Below, in pieces: positions 41,466-57,435 of a DNA stretch of 64,000 nucleotides. Position 1 is the stretch's first letter. The number at the start of each line of letters is the position of its first letter. The notes under the pieces are model-generated. The model was not told where the DNA came from and did not search any database. It saw nothing but the letters and a program-made list of their open reading frames with translations. Location of the stretch: the NCBI GenBank assembly GCA_951406725.2, contig OX597832.1, forward strand, positions 47,244,001 through 47,308,000, given 5' to 3'. Both the position numbers and the translations under genes were made by a program. Origin of the DNA: Octopus vulgaris. Taxonomy: Eukaryota.

Positions 41466-41899
41466 GTGATGATAGTGACAAACGAGCATCAAAGCGGATA
41501 AGGAGAAGGAAAATAAAATGAAGTAAGCGTCGAAATAGAAGTATAAGAAAGTTAGAAATGAGATTTCCTTTATCTAGTTGTTGACAGTTTGAATAATGGT
41601 GATGTTGGCTGTGCGGAGGAGGACGAGGGAGAGGATATGGTTTGGAGGAGAGGGCGGAGAAGGAGGAGACTGTGGGCACTTGTTATGATGATGGTGATAG
41701 TAGGATTGTTGATGATCATGATGATGATGATGACGATGACAAGAATAAGTAAACACAGATAGTACAACCGACACTATAGCGGTAGGAAGGGGTATATATA
41801 TAAAGCAATAAATAAAAGCATTTAAAATTGTTCATAGCTTTCATTATACTTCGAGATCTAATTCCAAAAACGAAGAGTACATATATATATATATATCAT

Positions 41900-42280
41900 T
41901 TTTCTGTTTTGCCTACGAGGGTTTTAGTCGTAAAAATCGATCCCAGGCCATTATTTTTGTAAATTCTAGCACTTATTTTATTGGTCTCTTTTGATGTACC
42001 GCTAATTTACAGGAACGTAAACACACCAACACCGGTTTAAAACGGTCGTGGAGAACTAACACAGATGCTAAGACGCACATATATTATATAATAATATATA
42101 TATACATACACGACAGACTTCTTTCAGTTTCTGTCTACGAAATTCACTCACGGAGATTTGGTAGGCTCTAGACTATATAGTAGACGACACTCAGCCAAGT
42201 TGCCACGCAATGCGCCGTGGGACTGAACCTAGAACCATGTGGTTGAAAAGCAAGCTTCTCACCAACACAGCTACATTTGC
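41900..42280 (-). mobile_element. CORE-like SINE family B
   Basis: Homologous to 24293-24690. Confidence 0.78.
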
Positions 42281-42457
42281 ACTCGGCTCCTCTGTCTCAC
42301 CTACATAGACAAACCGGGACCTACGAAGCTTTGAGTCGTATGGAGTGGGAGTCAGACTTTTATTAAATCATGTATGTAATTCTTCTCAGATATGCTGAGT
42401 GCTACTTTCTTACATTTGTCTAATCACATGTATATATACATGTATGCGTGTGAGTGC

Positions 42458-42518
<61 letters not shown>

Positions 42519-43148
42519 CCTGTGTATTTGTGTGTGTGTGTGTTTGTGTAAGGGTAAAATCTAAGGTTCTAAGTGTAGAAAGTTTACAAACTTTCAAGCA
42601 AGCCGTGGAAGGTATAGAAAACAAAAAAAAAAGGGAACAGTCTATGGTCAAGAACAGTACTTATATCAACATGATTACATTTTCTAATGGATTCCCTTTT
42701 TTTTTTTTTTTTTCTTAACAAGTCAACGCGTGATTTCAGGAATATTTGACTGCTATTTCTTGCTGGTTGTAATATATATTTACAGACCCTCTCATCGGCT
42801 TTTATAACTCAGCCTCCACGTAGATGCGATTTAAATTCTACGCTCTTTAGTTATGAAGTATTTGTCATTTGTTCATCATTTAACTTAAGTGGTAAGCTCT
42901 GCTTTCGTGTGTTAACTATTTAACTGTAATGGCAGCGTTTAAACATTTGAATTTCTTTTCTTTTGTTTATTTGCTTTGATATTTTCTCCTTATTTTAATA
43001 TTTCTTCGCTGTCTTCTTTTTTTTTTTTTTTTGTTTCGTTTTCCTATTTCCTTTCTGGTTTTTTTTTCTGGTTTTTTTTTTTTCTAAATTTAACCAATTA
43101 ACATGGAACAATTTCTTTAAAGCATATAATCCCTTTCTGAAATTTAGT

Positions 43149-43263
43149 AACGAAAATTCTGAACCCCCCCATCTCCTCACTAGCATTTCACATTCTTTAT
43201 CTCTTTATATTTCTGATTTTCTCTCTCTTCCATCTTTTCACAATCTATCTATCTATCATTTCA

Positions 43264-43321
<58 letters not shown>

Positions 43322-43455
43322 GTCCATCTATCAATCTATCTATCTCCGTTTCTATTTTAATTCAGCGTTTCACGTCATCTTTAATCAGCAGAGATTTCGC
43401 CATTTTGTTTGCGTTTCTTATCAATGTTCTTTGCCTTTTTCCTTCTTTTTCTATC
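43149..43455. repeat. Intronic segment duplicated at 40309-40611
   Basis: Same order of aaaattctgaacc...ctagcatttcacattctttat, (TATC)n and ccgtttctattttaattcagc...gcgtttcttatcaatgttctt in both copies. Confidence 0.93.
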
Positions 43456-43899
43456 GTTTTTTTCTTTAATCTTTCCATATTTTCTGAAGGGTTTCGTAAT
43501 ATTTGCCGTATATATTTTTTTCTTTTAGTCCTTTGATGTATTTTAAATATTTATTTCATTATTTTCCTTCGCCGAACTCTCTTTCTCTCTCTCTCTCTCT
43601 CTCCGCTATTATCGCTTAATTTTAATTTTTTCTCTTCTATGCGTTTCATTTTCTCTTTCGCCTTCTCCATCTATTTCTTCTTCATCTTCTATTTCTTCTT
43701 CTCTTTCCTCTTTCCCTCATCCACCCCGTCTTTTTAACATTGCTCTTTTTGTTTTTACCTTCATTAACTTCCCTTATTCTTTAATTCTTTCGAAGCCTTA
43801 TTTTCTCTTGTTGCTGTTGTTCGTTGTTGTTCGTTGTTTGTTGTTGTTGTTGTTGTTGTTGTTTCTTCGTCTTTTTCCCCCCACCATTCCCATCACCAG

Positions 43900-43986
43900 T
43901 TCCTTCTAGTTCCACAGAAAATGATTGATGACTGCACCAAATCAGTTCCGCTCATTGAACAGCGGAAAACTAGTCAAATTCTTTGA
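43900..43986 (+). CDS. Possible terminal exon of the membrane-protein gene, frame unresolved
   Basis: Long pyrimidine tract followed by three AGs (ending 43899, 43909, 43917) and unique complex sequence. One frame reads [24 protein letters not shown]. Direct phase-2 joins give GSF*, GSTEND* or GK*. Confidence 0.3.
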   Translation, partial: FLLVPQKMIDDCTKSVPLIEQRKTSQIL

Positions 43987-44066
43987 GTGAATTCCATTGA
44001 CACGACATGAAAGAAAAATTAGTGTTCATTGCAATATTATTATATCGTAACTGTTGCCGCTTCTCG

Positions 44067-44129
<63 letters not shown>

Positions 44130-44342
44130 CAAACAAACAAACATGCACACTCAAACCCACACATACACACACACACGCACACATATTTTTCGGTTGCTCT
44201 ACAGCCCCATATACTATCGCAAATTCCATATCGTTGTTGTTGTTGTTATTGTTCTTGTGTTGTTGTAGTTCCTCTTTTTCTTTTTCTTCATCGTCTTCTC
44301 CTTCTTCGATGTTCTTGTGTCAGTTTTTGGTATTTCTTTCGC

Positions 44343-44407
<65 letters not shown>

Positions 44408-44583
44408 TCATTCTCATTATTATTATTATTGTTGTTGTTGTTGTTGTTGTTGTTCGTGTCGTTTCTGTAGAAGTTCATAATGTTTGTTGTTGTAGTTGAG
44501 GCTTTTGTTCATCCTGTTGTGGTTGTTGTTGTTCTTCATATTTATTCTTATTTTGCTGCCATTGTCCACGTCATCGCCCTTGA

Positions 44584-44644
<61 letters not shown>

Positions 44645-45321
44645 TATTACTATTTTTATTATTATTATTAATATTGTTGTTGTTGTTGTTGTTGTTTGTT
44701 GCTATCGATTTCGTGAACAATGTTGTTGACATTATTGCTGTCAATGCTCTTCACAGTATTGTTATCTTTATATTATTGCGATTGTGTTTTATGTTGTTGT
44801 TATCATGTTAATCCTCTTGTTATTACGTTATGTTTATATTCTCATTGTCTTAATATCGTTATCATGTCCATGCAATTGTTATGTTTACAGAGTTGGGTTT
44901 TTTTTTGTATTGTTGTTGTTATCGTTGTTATTGTGTTCATATTGTCCTTTTTATTGTTGCTCTTATCGTTGCTGATGTTTTAGATTTTATTGCCTCTGGT
45001 ATTCTAACATGTATTATAGCTAATGTTTTAATTGTCGTCCTCTCCTTCCTATTTCTCTATCTTGTTGCGATTTATATTCTGGCCCGAGTCAACTCTAAGA
45101 AAAACCCAATGTCTAGAGCTATTCCAGCCATAACCTTCACGTCTTTTCAAACACGATTCATCTCATATTTTATTTCGTATGTCAGTCATACGTCGTCACG
45201 TAATTCATCTCGTATAATACCAGAGAATGATTTCAGAGTTATTTCGCTGTTATTTCTAGTACATCAAATGACCCCTTCTTCAGCTTTCACTGGCTGTTGT
45301 GTTATTTTTGTTGATGTTTAT

Positions 45322-46201
45322 TTCTTTATTGCCCACCGAGGGCTAAACATAGAGGGGACAAACAAGGACATATAAACGGATTAAGTCGATTACATCGACC
45401 CCAGTGCGTAACTGGTACTTATTTAAGCGACCCCAAAGGGATTGAAGGCAAAGTCGACCTCGGCGGAATATGAAGTCAGAACCTAAAGGCAGACGAAATA
45501 CCTATTTCTTTACTACCCACAAGGGGCTAAACACTGAGGGGACAAACATGGACAGACAAACGGATTAAGTCGATTATATCGACCCCAGTGCGTAATTGGT
45601 ACTTATTTATCGACCCCGATAAGATGAAATGCAAAGTCGACCTCGGCGGAATTTGAACTCAGAACGTAAAGGCAGACGAAATACCGCCAAGCATTTTGCC
45701 CGGTGTATATTTTTGTTGATGTTGTTCTTGCTGGTGTTTGCGACATTTGCTCTTTGCCACTGTTGCTGATATTAGTTTCAACTTCTGGCACAAGGTTAGC
45801 AATTTCAGGGAAGTATATTACATCGACCCCAGTGTTTGACTGGGGCACATATTTCATCGATCCCGAAAGAGTGAAAGGCAAAGTCGACCTCGGTAGAAAT
45901 TGAACTCGGAACGTAAAGACAGACGAAATGTTGCTAAGAATTTTTTTCCCGACATGCTAACGATTCTTTATTTCTTTATTGCCCACAAGGGGCTAAACAT
46001 AGAGGGGACAAACAAGGACAGAAAAGGGTATTAAGTCAATTACATCGACTCCAGTGCGTAACTGGTACTTAAATTATCGACCCCGAAAGGACGAACGGCA
46101 AATTCGACCTCGGCGGAATTTGAACTCAGAACGTAGCGACAGACGAAATACCGCTAAACATTTCGCCCGGCGTGCTAACGATTCTGCCAGCTCTCCGCCT
46201 T
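45322..46201 (-). mobile_element. Head-to-tail multimers of SINE family A carrying an alternative tail
   Basis: Units of about 180 bp, tttcttta.t.cccacaaggggctaaaca...gtcgacctcggcggaatttgaactcagaac...gacgaaatacc. Confidence 0.85.
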
Positions 46202-47057
46202 CACTGTTGCTGATTTTGTTCAAATTTATCAGATGGCTGGTCAAGGTGTAAGTTTGAGGAAAGTTTTTAGCTGATATTTTTAGCAAGCCAAGATACCATG
46301 TATAATCTTTCATGTTGGCTTGTTGATAAACTGGCTGAATCGGAAGAGCATTGGACAACAAGCCTTTTGGTAGTTCTGACTCTACTATCTGAGTTCGCTC
46401 CCTGCCAGGTTCAACTGTTTCAGTACTGGGATTGATGGTATCAATAATCCCTACCCCTCAAAACTGGTGATTTTAGGGCCGAAATAAAAAAAATTGTTGC
46501 CGTTGTTGTTATTATAGTTGCCATTGCTATCGTTATGCTATAGTTGTGATTGTGATAAACGTCGCATATATCTGTTGTTGCGAACGCAGCGTGGCCGAAT
46601 GGTTAAGAAGCTCGCTTTGCAATCACAAGATCGCAGGTTCGACGCTCACCACCACTACCCATTCTTATGGAAACTAGGAAGACGGAAACTATATGAAAGC
46701 CCGTCTGATAGATTTTTACCTCTAATTTGCAATTCCAGTTTTGTCTCAGAAATACAACCCACTCATACACACGCTTGCACACATACAGACACACACTCAC
46801 ACACACACACACTCACAAGCACAAACGCTCTCTTTCCCTCTCACACATACACTGTGTCACGATGACTCTGCCGCAGAATTATTTTCATACACCACCTATC
46901 TGTGGAATGGTCGTCCACTTACACGTTAATCCAATGTACATAAGAGGCAGTTCAATTTGTCAAGTAAATTGAATGACTCATCTTCGAAACTGACGGAAGA
47001 TCCATGTCTATTTAACATTTTATTTTTTTACCTGTTGTAACATTTATGATAATATAT

Positions 47058-47088
<31 letters not shown>

Positions 47089-47096
47089 GTCATCAC

Positions 47097-47142
<46 letters not shown>

Positions 47143-47268
47143 TTCATCATCATCATCATCACCATCCTCATCCACGTTATTATTATTACAATTATTATTA
47201 TTATCATCTTCATCATCATCATCATCATCATCATCATCGTCATCATCCTCATCCACGTTAGTATTACA

Positions 47269-47316
<48 letters not shown>

Positions 47317-47377
47317 TTTATTTTTATTATTATTTTTTATTATTATTATTATCATCATCATCATCATCACCACTATA

Positions 47378-47525
<148 letters not shown>

Positions 47526-47998
47526 ATTGTTGCGATTGTAATAGTGCTGCGGTTACTGAGATTACTGATTTGCGTACCTGTTGTTTTTGTTGATGATGTT
47601 GTTGTTGTTGTTGATGATGATGTTGTTGTTGTTGTTGTTCCTGCTGTAATCACACAAACTTATTCAATTATATTTCCTTCTCTGCTAACTCATTCATTCC
47701 TAATTTCCGTTATTTCTCCACATCATTTTTTTTTCTTTCTCTTTTTTTTTTTTCGCTCTTTTTGTTTTTGTTTTTCCGAAAACAGTTTTTTCTTTTATCT
47801 TTGTTTCTTTCTCCTTCTTACTTTCTTTTCTTTTCTTTCCTTTTCTTTGCTTTCGGTTTTTTCTTTTTTTTTTTTTCTTTTTTTTTCTTTTCTTTCTTTC
47901 TTCCTCCTGATTATTTCATCTCGGTCTTGTACGATTCTTCTAATTTTCTACCTTAGAATATTATGTGTACGTGTTTGTGTGTTTGTATGTTCCTGTAT

Positions 47999-48055
<57 letters not shown>

Positions 48056-48415
48056 CTATGCATTTATGCTTGTGTGTGTGTGTGTTCGTGTGAACGTGTG
48101 TACATGTGTGTGTACATGTGTGCTTACGTTTGTGTACGACTGAGCTAGCGTATGAGTGTATTCCTTGCGTATTATCGTGCTTACATGTTGTAGTGTGTAA
48201 GTACCTCTGCGTGTTTAGCGTCTACGTATGTCTAAGTACCCTTTTCTTCGGGGCCTTTTGCAACGTATTTGTTATTTTTTATGCACCCCCACCCCTACCC
48301 CATATATATATATATATATATATACATATGTATACAATTGACTGAGAGAGAGGGCTATGTCTATGTATATATGCATATATACATAATATTTACATACACG
48401 TAAATATATACATAT

Positions 48416-48742
48416 GTGGCTCAGTGGTTAGAGCGTCGAGCTTACGATCGTGAGGTTGTGAGCTCGAATCCCGGACCGGGCTGCGTGTTGTGTTCTTGAG
48501 CAAGACACTTTATTTCACGTTGCTCCAGTTCACTCAGCTGTAGAAATGAGTTGCGACGTCACAGGTGCCAAGCTGTATCGGCCTTTGCCTTTCCCTTGGG
48601 CAACATCGGTGACGTGGAGAGGGGAGGCCGGTATGCATGGGCGACTACTGGTCTTCCATAAAACAACCTTGCCCAGACTTGTGCCTCAGAGGGTAACTCT
48701 CTATGTACAAACCCATGGTCAGTGTCTGACCGAAGGGGGTCA
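48416..48742 (+). mobile_element. tRNA-derived SINE family D
   Basis: gtggctcagtggttagagcgtcgagcttacgatcgtgaggttgtgagctcgaatcccgg then ttgtgttcttgagcaagacact. Confidence 0.82.
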
Positions 48743-48835
48743 AATAATAATAGATAGATAGATAGGTAGATAGATAGATAAAACTTACTTGGAAAAGGAT
48801 GCATGGCGTTCGATCATATAATATATATATATGTG

Positions 48836-48874
<39 letters not shown>

Positions 48875-49486
48875 GCACTTACCCTCACACATATACACTC
48901 ACACACACACACTCACACACACACAGAGATTTGTTTAAATGTGTTTGCTTTCCATAATGAAAAGCACAGTAAAAAAATTTTTGGTTGTGTTCCGTCGTCA
49001 CTATCACCACTCTCACAATATCCTTAATCTAAACTCCACCCCAGCCACCCGCAGCCACCCCCACCCATACATTCTTCACCAACGAACGAACTAACCAACC
49101 AACCAACCAAACAACCCGGCATCATTTCCACTCCAACACAACATTTTTTTCTCTCTCTATTCTCTGTTTGTCACTGCCAATTCCATGCTCTTCAAAACTT
49201 ACCACCCAAAACCAGCAAACCACCACAAGCATTACAATAATGACCAACACCACCGACGTAAAATCCCTTTACACAATAGTTGTCCTCCATCTCATTTATC
49301 GTTTCTGCTTTTTCCTTTTTCGTTTTTCCTTTTCTCTTTTTGGTCTCGGCATCGTTCTTCTTCTTCTTCTTCTTCTTCTTCTTCTTCTTCTTCTTCTTCT
49401 TCTTCTTCTTCTTCTTCTTCTTCTCCTTCTTCTTCTTCTTCTTCTTCTTCTTCTTCTTCTTCTCCTTCTTCTTCTTCTTCTTCTTA

Positions 49487-49605
<119 letters not shown>

Positions 49606-49628
49606 CATTATTATTATTATTATTATCA

Positions 49629-49659
<31 letters not shown>

Positions 49660-50817
49660 TCTTCTTCTTCTTCTCATCTCCACCTTTTCTTTCTCATTTC
49701 TTTTTCCTTTTCATTCCTTTTCTTTTCTCTTTCTACTTCTTCTCTTCCTTCTTTTCCCTTTCCTGTTCCTGTTCCTTTTACTTTTCGTTATTATTTGTTT
49801 CTTTTTTTTGCTGGCTTCCCCCCTTTTCCAAATCTATTAAACCATTCCATTGTATCTGCCAATCTTTCTTCAATGTCAATCAGCCTACTTAAATCCTAAC
49901 ATCGCTCTTTTCAAAAATACACACGCATCCCTACACACACACACACACACGCACACACACACGCACACACACGTACACACACACAAGCGCGCGCATACAC
50001 ATATGTGCACAACATAAACCTACTACCTCCAGACCTACCCTTATTTCCCTTCTTTATTTCTCACGCTATCTCCCTCCATCTCTCTCCCTCTCTCTCTTTC
50101 ACTTTCTCTTTCTCTTTTTTTTTCTCTTCTGTCCTTTTCAATTTCTCTTCACCATTTTATCATTAACACTTTTTTCCCCTTCACAGTTTCCTCACTTCTC
50201 ACAATTCAAAAATATCTCTCACTAATTCTTTCTCACTCTCTCTCAATTTTACTCCTCTCTCTCTTCCTTTCCCTCTCACCCTCTCTCTATCTATCAATCT
50301 ATCTGTCTTTCTATCTCTTCCTGTTTCCTTATTCAGATTTTCTTTTGTAACAACAGATGCTTCATCAAATATTTTTACACTTTTCAATCTCTTTATCCAT
50401 AACTCCATTCCGGTTGCGTTATTTTTTTTGTGTTTATTTCATGAATTATTTTTTTTATCTATTATTTTATTTTTATTCTCAGTTTTATTTTCATTTCGGC
50501 ATTTTGACTTTTAAAATGGAAAAGAAAAAAAAAAAGCAACGTAGAACGAAACTGTATAAAAATTAAAATATTTTAACAATTTTCAATATTCTCCACTTCA
50601 AACATCACAATTAAAAAAATTAAAAGCTAGGTCATTGTTAAACATATACACATATATAAATGTATGTATATACATATATAAATGTGTATATAAATATATA
50701 TATATACATATATATATATATGTACATATATATATATATTTGTATGTATATATATGTACATATATATATATATTTGTATGTATATATGTATGTAAATATG
50801 TCTATATGTATGTATGA

Positions 50818-50880
<63 letters not shown>

Positions 50881-51011
50881 CATATATATGTGCATATATA
50901 TATCCATATATGCATATATATATATATGTATACATATATATATATTCATATATGCATATATATATATACATATATACATATATATACATATATATATATA
51001 CATATATATAC

Positions 51012-51046
<35 letters not shown>

Positions 51047-51487
51047 CACATATATATATACATATATACATATATATACATATATATATGCATATATATA
51101 TGCATATATTCACCTACTAATAAAGATGCAAACCTACTCACATAAAACAATAACAATTGAAAATATGTTAGTGGAACTAAACGTTCATTATCTTAGGATG
51201 AGATAAATAACAGGTTTAAATTAGAGAAAAAAAACCTGCTAAAGTTATTGTTTGTATAAGCACAATCATGATAAGTGGTAGAGAAGGAACTAATGTCTAA
51301 CATCGTGTAGAATACTAAATAATGGTTCTTTTCAGTTCTAACCATTTTGCACTATATACTTAGTTGAAAGCCTCTCTGCATCTACATTATTCTGTACCCT
51401 ACGGGGGTGGATAGAATATATAACTGTTAAATAATGGTGTTCTGCTTAATTGATTTCAAGGTCAGCAATTTTGGAGGAAGGGATTTG

Positions 51488-51815
51488 CAGGAGCACTCCG
51501 TCGGTTGCGACGGCGAGGGACCCATCTGACCCGATCGACGGAACAGCTTGCTGCTTGTGAAATTAACGTGCCAGTGGCTGAGCCCTCCACAGAGACGTGT
51601 ACCCTTAACGTATTTCTCGGGGAGATTCAGCGTGACACAAAGTGTGACAAGGCTGTCCCTATGAAATACAGGTACAACTCATTTTTGCCAGCTGAGTGAA
51701 CTGGACCAACGTGAAATAAGGTGTCTTGCTCAAGGACCCAAAGCGTCGCCTGGAATTGAACTCACGACCTTACGACCGTGATCCGAATGCCCTAACCACT
51801 AAGCCACGCGCCTTC
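51488..51815 (-). mobile_element. tRNA-derived SINE with a family D-like head and a family C-like tail
   Basis: The reverse complement starts gaaggcgcgtggcttagtggttagggcattcgg. The tail matches 19060-19220 (cttgtcac...acgctgaat.tccccgagaa...cgttaagggtacacgt). Confidence 0.8.
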
Positions 51816-51842
51816 ATATATATATATATAAATATACATATA

Positions 51843-51889
<47 letters not shown>

Positions 51890-51896
51890 TCATACA

Positions 51897-51981
<85 letters not shown>

Positions 51982-52173
51982 ATATGTGTATATGCATGTA
52001 TGCATGTATGTATGTATGTACATATATATAATACAACTTCGAAAATGAGATAATATAATCATGGAAAATGATATGCAAATGATGATGATGATGAGGATGA
52101 TGATGAGGATGATGATGATGATGATTGTGACGACGATTACAATGACAACGACGACGTTGATGAGGTTGATGAC

Positions 52174-52204
<31 letters not shown>

Positions 52205-52689
52205 CAAAATTTTCCAAGCTTTCTATCTTCGTCGACGAGCAACTAACTGACTAGCGGTTTGGCACGCTAAGACTACTGACCATCGCAACTGGTCACAGCC
52301 AGCAAGAGAAAACGGGGGAAAAAAAAAAAAAGAGAATAATTGTCTTTCGTGCCATCCGTAGTTTGACATCTCATTTGCATATGTTATATAATTGCGTGAG
52401 CACCATGTTGGGTTTTAAGTATTCTAATGAAGACTTTGACACGATACCGAAGTTTAGCATCGACGTTCATCTTTGATGAACTCTTGAACTCGCAGAAGAA
52501 ATCGGCTTCCCACCCACCCATCCTCTCTCTCCATCTCTCTCCCCCTCTCTCTCCTTCTTTTCCCCCCTCTCTCTCGCTCTCTATTTCTGCTTTATGTTTA
52601 GTGGATGTGTATGTGTATGTATGTGTGTGTTTGTGCGTACATGTGTGTACGAGCGTGTTTGTGAACGTTTTATGTTCTCTGTTACTCTT

Positions 52690-53083
52690 TTACTTGTTTC
52701 AGTCATTTGACTGCGGCCATGCTGGAGCACCGCCTTTAGTCGAATAAAATCGACCCCACGACTTATTCTTTGTAAGCCTGGTACTTATTCTATCGGGGTC
52801 TTTTGCCGGACCGCTAATGTTAGGGGGACGTAAACACACCAGCATCGGTTGTCAAGTGATGTTGTGGGGGACAAACACAGTCACACAAACATATACACAA
52901 ACATACATATATAAATATATGACGGGCTTCTTTCAGTTTCCCTCTACCAAATCCACTCACAAGGCTTTGGTCGGCCCGAGGCTATAGTAGAAGACACTTG
53001 CCCAAGGTGACACGCAGTGGGACTGAAACCAGAACCATGTGATTCGTAAGCAAGCTACTTACCACACAGCCACTCCTGCGCCT
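52690..53083 (-). mobile_element. CORE-like SINE family B, well preserved
   Basis: Full-length reverse copy ending cacacagccactcctgcgcc. Confidence 0.9.
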
Positions 53084-54459
53084 ATATGTAGATATTTATA
53101 ACATGTATACGTGTTTTTTTATGTATTTTGTGTTACTGTGTGTCTGTGTATTTTTGAGCTTGTTTTGTTGTGTTATGTTTATACATGGTTCTGTGTTCAT
53201 CTATGCATTTACATGTTAGTATGTCCGTGCGTGTTTGTGCGTAAGCGCATTTAAGAACTTATTGTCGTTATTCTACTGAACATATGGATAAACGCGAACG
53301 CTTTCTATGCTGTGTACTTGATGGCCAGTACTACATGAGTGTGATTTTGATCGCGTATTTATAAATCGGAGACATTGCTAGTATATTATCTGAGAACATG
53401 TAGCAATTGCAGAATGGAAGATACAAGTTTGCCATAGAGATCATTAACTCCACTTAAACATTTATCAGTGATATCATTATCGACCCCGAAAGGATACTTA
53501 AACATTTATTAGTAAAATCATTTCTATTACAGGCTCTGGGACTGAAATTCTATGTGGGGGGTGGATAATCGATTGCATTGATCCCAGAGTGCTCAACTGG
53601 TACTTATTTTATCAACCCTGAGAGGATGAAAAGTAAAGTCGACCTCGTAGGAATTCGAACTCAGAACACGAAGATGAACAAACTGCCGCTGAGCATTTTG
53701 CCCGGCGTGCTAACGGTTCTGCCATCTCGTCGCCTTATCTGTAGCATGGTGTCAAAAATCTTCGTCGCTTGAAATTGCGACCCAGTCTAGTGACAAAAAA
53801 TTGTGCGCATCATCATCATCATCATCATCATCCTCATCAACGTCGGCGTTGTCATTGTCATCGTCGTCACAATCTTCAATTGTGCGCGTTTTTTTGGACT
53901 GTATCGATGCGCAATTAATTAGAAGATATGTGGCCAAGTACTTAGGCTGTTGAACTCACGATTGTATCATGATGGTCGTGGCTTTGAGTCGTGGACCATG
54001 CGGTGCGCTGTGTTCTTGAGCAAACCACTTAATTTCACGTTTGCTCCAGACTCCTCAGTTGTAAGTGAGTAACTCTGCAACGGGCTGGTGTCCCGTTCAG
54101 AAGGGCTGTCTTGATTTCAGTCACGTGTACAGCCATAGTGTCCCAGAACTAGGGACTTTAATGTTCAATAGTTGATGATGATCATAATGATGATGGTGGT
54201 GGTAGTGGGGGTGGTGGTGGTGGTGGTGGGGGATGATGATGATGATGATTAGGAGAAGGGAGTGAGGATAATGGTGATAAACATGATGAGGGTGATGATG
54301 ACGACGACGATGGTGAGGAGGGGGAGTAGTTTCAACCGATTTTTTTTAATAATCGTCAAAAGTGACAGAGTGACCGAGAGTTTTGTGCATTTGATAATTG
54401 AAAATATCAGGAAACTCTGTAACTTCTGCTGATTATTAATGGGAAAAAAACGTAGACAG

Positions 54460-54900
<441 letters not shown>

Positions 54901-55165
54901 GAGTGCATGTATGTAATTGTATATAGTAGTGGGTTTACATGCGTTCCTTTTTGCTTTGTTTGTTCTTTTTTTCTTTTTGCAAATATGGAAATATATGTAT
55001 ATTATTGTCTTCAGATCTCAGTTAATTAACTTTCGTTTTCGAAAGGTACAGGTACCCACTGTTCTGTTGAATTGAAAACACGCCATCTACTGGAATGTGT
55101 CGACATGAGTTAATCGTTAATTCAGTTCATTTTCAAACACAAATATGCGTAGATACACAGGTATA

Positions 55166-55247
<82 letters not shown>

Positions 55248-55306
55248 GTACATGCACGTTTACGTTTATACAAACTACAAGCAAATGAAATGTGAATAGA
55301 TATGTA

Positions 55307-55343
<37 letters not shown>

Positions 55344-55875
55344 GCTTATATACACACACAATTACATGCCTAATCACATACCTGCATGTATGCATACAGA
55401 AATTACATATCCATAGCAAAACAAAATATATGTGAGATTTTATGGAAAATATGATTTCTACGCTCTTCTGCCATAAGCGCTACTGTTCCGTAGCTCACCT
55501 TCTTCTTCTTCTTCTTCTTCTTCTTCTTCTTCTTCTTCTTCTTCTTCTTCTTCTTCTTCTTCTTCTTCTTCTTCTTCTTTACTTCTTCTCCTTCTTCTTT
55601 TTCTTCTTCTTCTCCTTCTTCTTCTTCTTCTTCTTCTTCTTCTTCTTCTTCTTCTTCTTCTACTTCTTCTTCTCCTTCTTCTTCTTCTTCATTTCTTCTG
55701 CCTCTTCATCATCTTCTTTTCGCCTTCTTCTTCTTCTATGCACATGCATGTTTCTCTAAGCCATAGATATACTTTTACTCACGCACTTCGGTCTTAAGGA
55801 CTAGGGCTACGCAAGTGTCCGTGAGATTATGGTTGTAAAGGACGAGATTTAGAAGCAATATTCTCACCCCCATCA

Positions 55876-55915
<40 letters not shown>

Positions 55916-56019
55916 TCACCTGGATGAGCTGGAAATTAAAGGAATGCCGTTAAATTAAATTAAAGGAATGCCATTTCCTTGCGTGCCGCCATTTCCATCA
56001 CTGCTCTCATTCTTTTGAC

Positions 56020-56935
56020 ACTTATTTTATTGAACCCAAAAGAATGAAAGGTAAAGTCTACCTCGGCGGAATTTGAACTCACAACGTAAAGACGGACGAA
56101 AGTCCGCTAAGCATTTTGCCTGGCGTGATAATGATTCTTATTGCTTTATTGCCCGCAAGAGGCTAAACATTGAGGGAACAAACAATTTCAGACAAAGAGA
56201 TAAAGTCGATTACATCGACTTGTACTTGATTTATCGACCCCGAAAGGATGAAAGGCAAAGTCGACCTCGGTGGAATTTGAACTCAGAACTTAACGGCAGA
56301 CGAAATACCTATTTCTTTACTACCCACAAGGGGCTAAACACAGAGAGGACAAACAAAGACAGACAAACGGATTAAGTCGATTACATCAACCCCATTGCGT
56401 AACTGGTACTTATTTAATCGACCCCGAAAGGATGAAAGGTAAAGTCGACCTCGGCGGAATTTGAACTCAGAACGTAACGGCAGACGAAATACCTATTTCA
56501 ATACTACCCACAAGGATTAAACACAGAGGAGACAAACAAGAACAGACAAACGGATTAAGTCGATTATATCGACTCCAGTGCGTAACTGGTACTTAATTTT
56601 CTAAATCTTATTGAGTATTAATGTAAAACAAGTCAAACTGTCGACTTATTTTTTAGGAAAGCAAATGTGTTTGGAAAATATTTGCATTTCGGAAGGATTC
56701 GTAATATCGGATATTTAAGGCATGAATTGGCTGTGTGTTAGAATGTCGGATAGAATTCTGCACAGTATTTGTTCTGATTCTCTGCATTCTGAGATTAGTT
56801 GTTGCTGAGGTCAACCTTTCAGTTGCGGAGCACTGAGCTAAGTCGACCTCGGCGGAATCTGAACTCAGAACGTGACGGCGGACGAAATGCCGCTAAGCAT
56901 TTCGTCCGGCGCGATAACGATTCTACCAGATTGCT
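56020..56935 (-). mobile_element. Second cluster of SINE family A multimers
   Basis: Same unit of about 180 bp and the same junction gacgaaatacc|tatttc as at 45.5 kb. Confidence 0.85.
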
Positions 56936-57289
56936 TGCTGCCTTTGTGCAGTAATTAAATATGGCAAGAGATTTTTTTCTGAAGGTGTAACAAATAACAT
57001 CGAAATGAAAATTGTCAGACTCCACGCTAGCAATGATATTATTGCCAAACAACAAGACTGTTATTAAGAGCAACAACAACAACAACAGCCACGACGACGA
57101 TAATTTCTTAAGCAACAAAGCAACAACGCCAATAACAACAACAACAACAATAACAGTATCAATAACAGCCACATCAATAATAACAACAACAACAACAACA
57201 ACAATCAAACAAGCTATTTTGAAAGTCCAGCCTCCTCCCCCACCCCATTTTCTAATCAATCTTGATTAAAAGATTATTTGGGAATAAAA

Positions 57290-57400
57290 TACCATTATCG
57301 TCATTATCACCATCGTCATCATCAACATCATTGCCATTTTATAATGAACCATCATTATCCTCATCATCATCATCATCATCCACATCATCATTTCTTTCGC

Positions 57401-57435
<35 letters not shown>

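Noticed and set aside
52200-52510. Complex unique sequence that might be an exon on either strand
   Set aside because: No consistent acceptor, open frame and donor combination was found.
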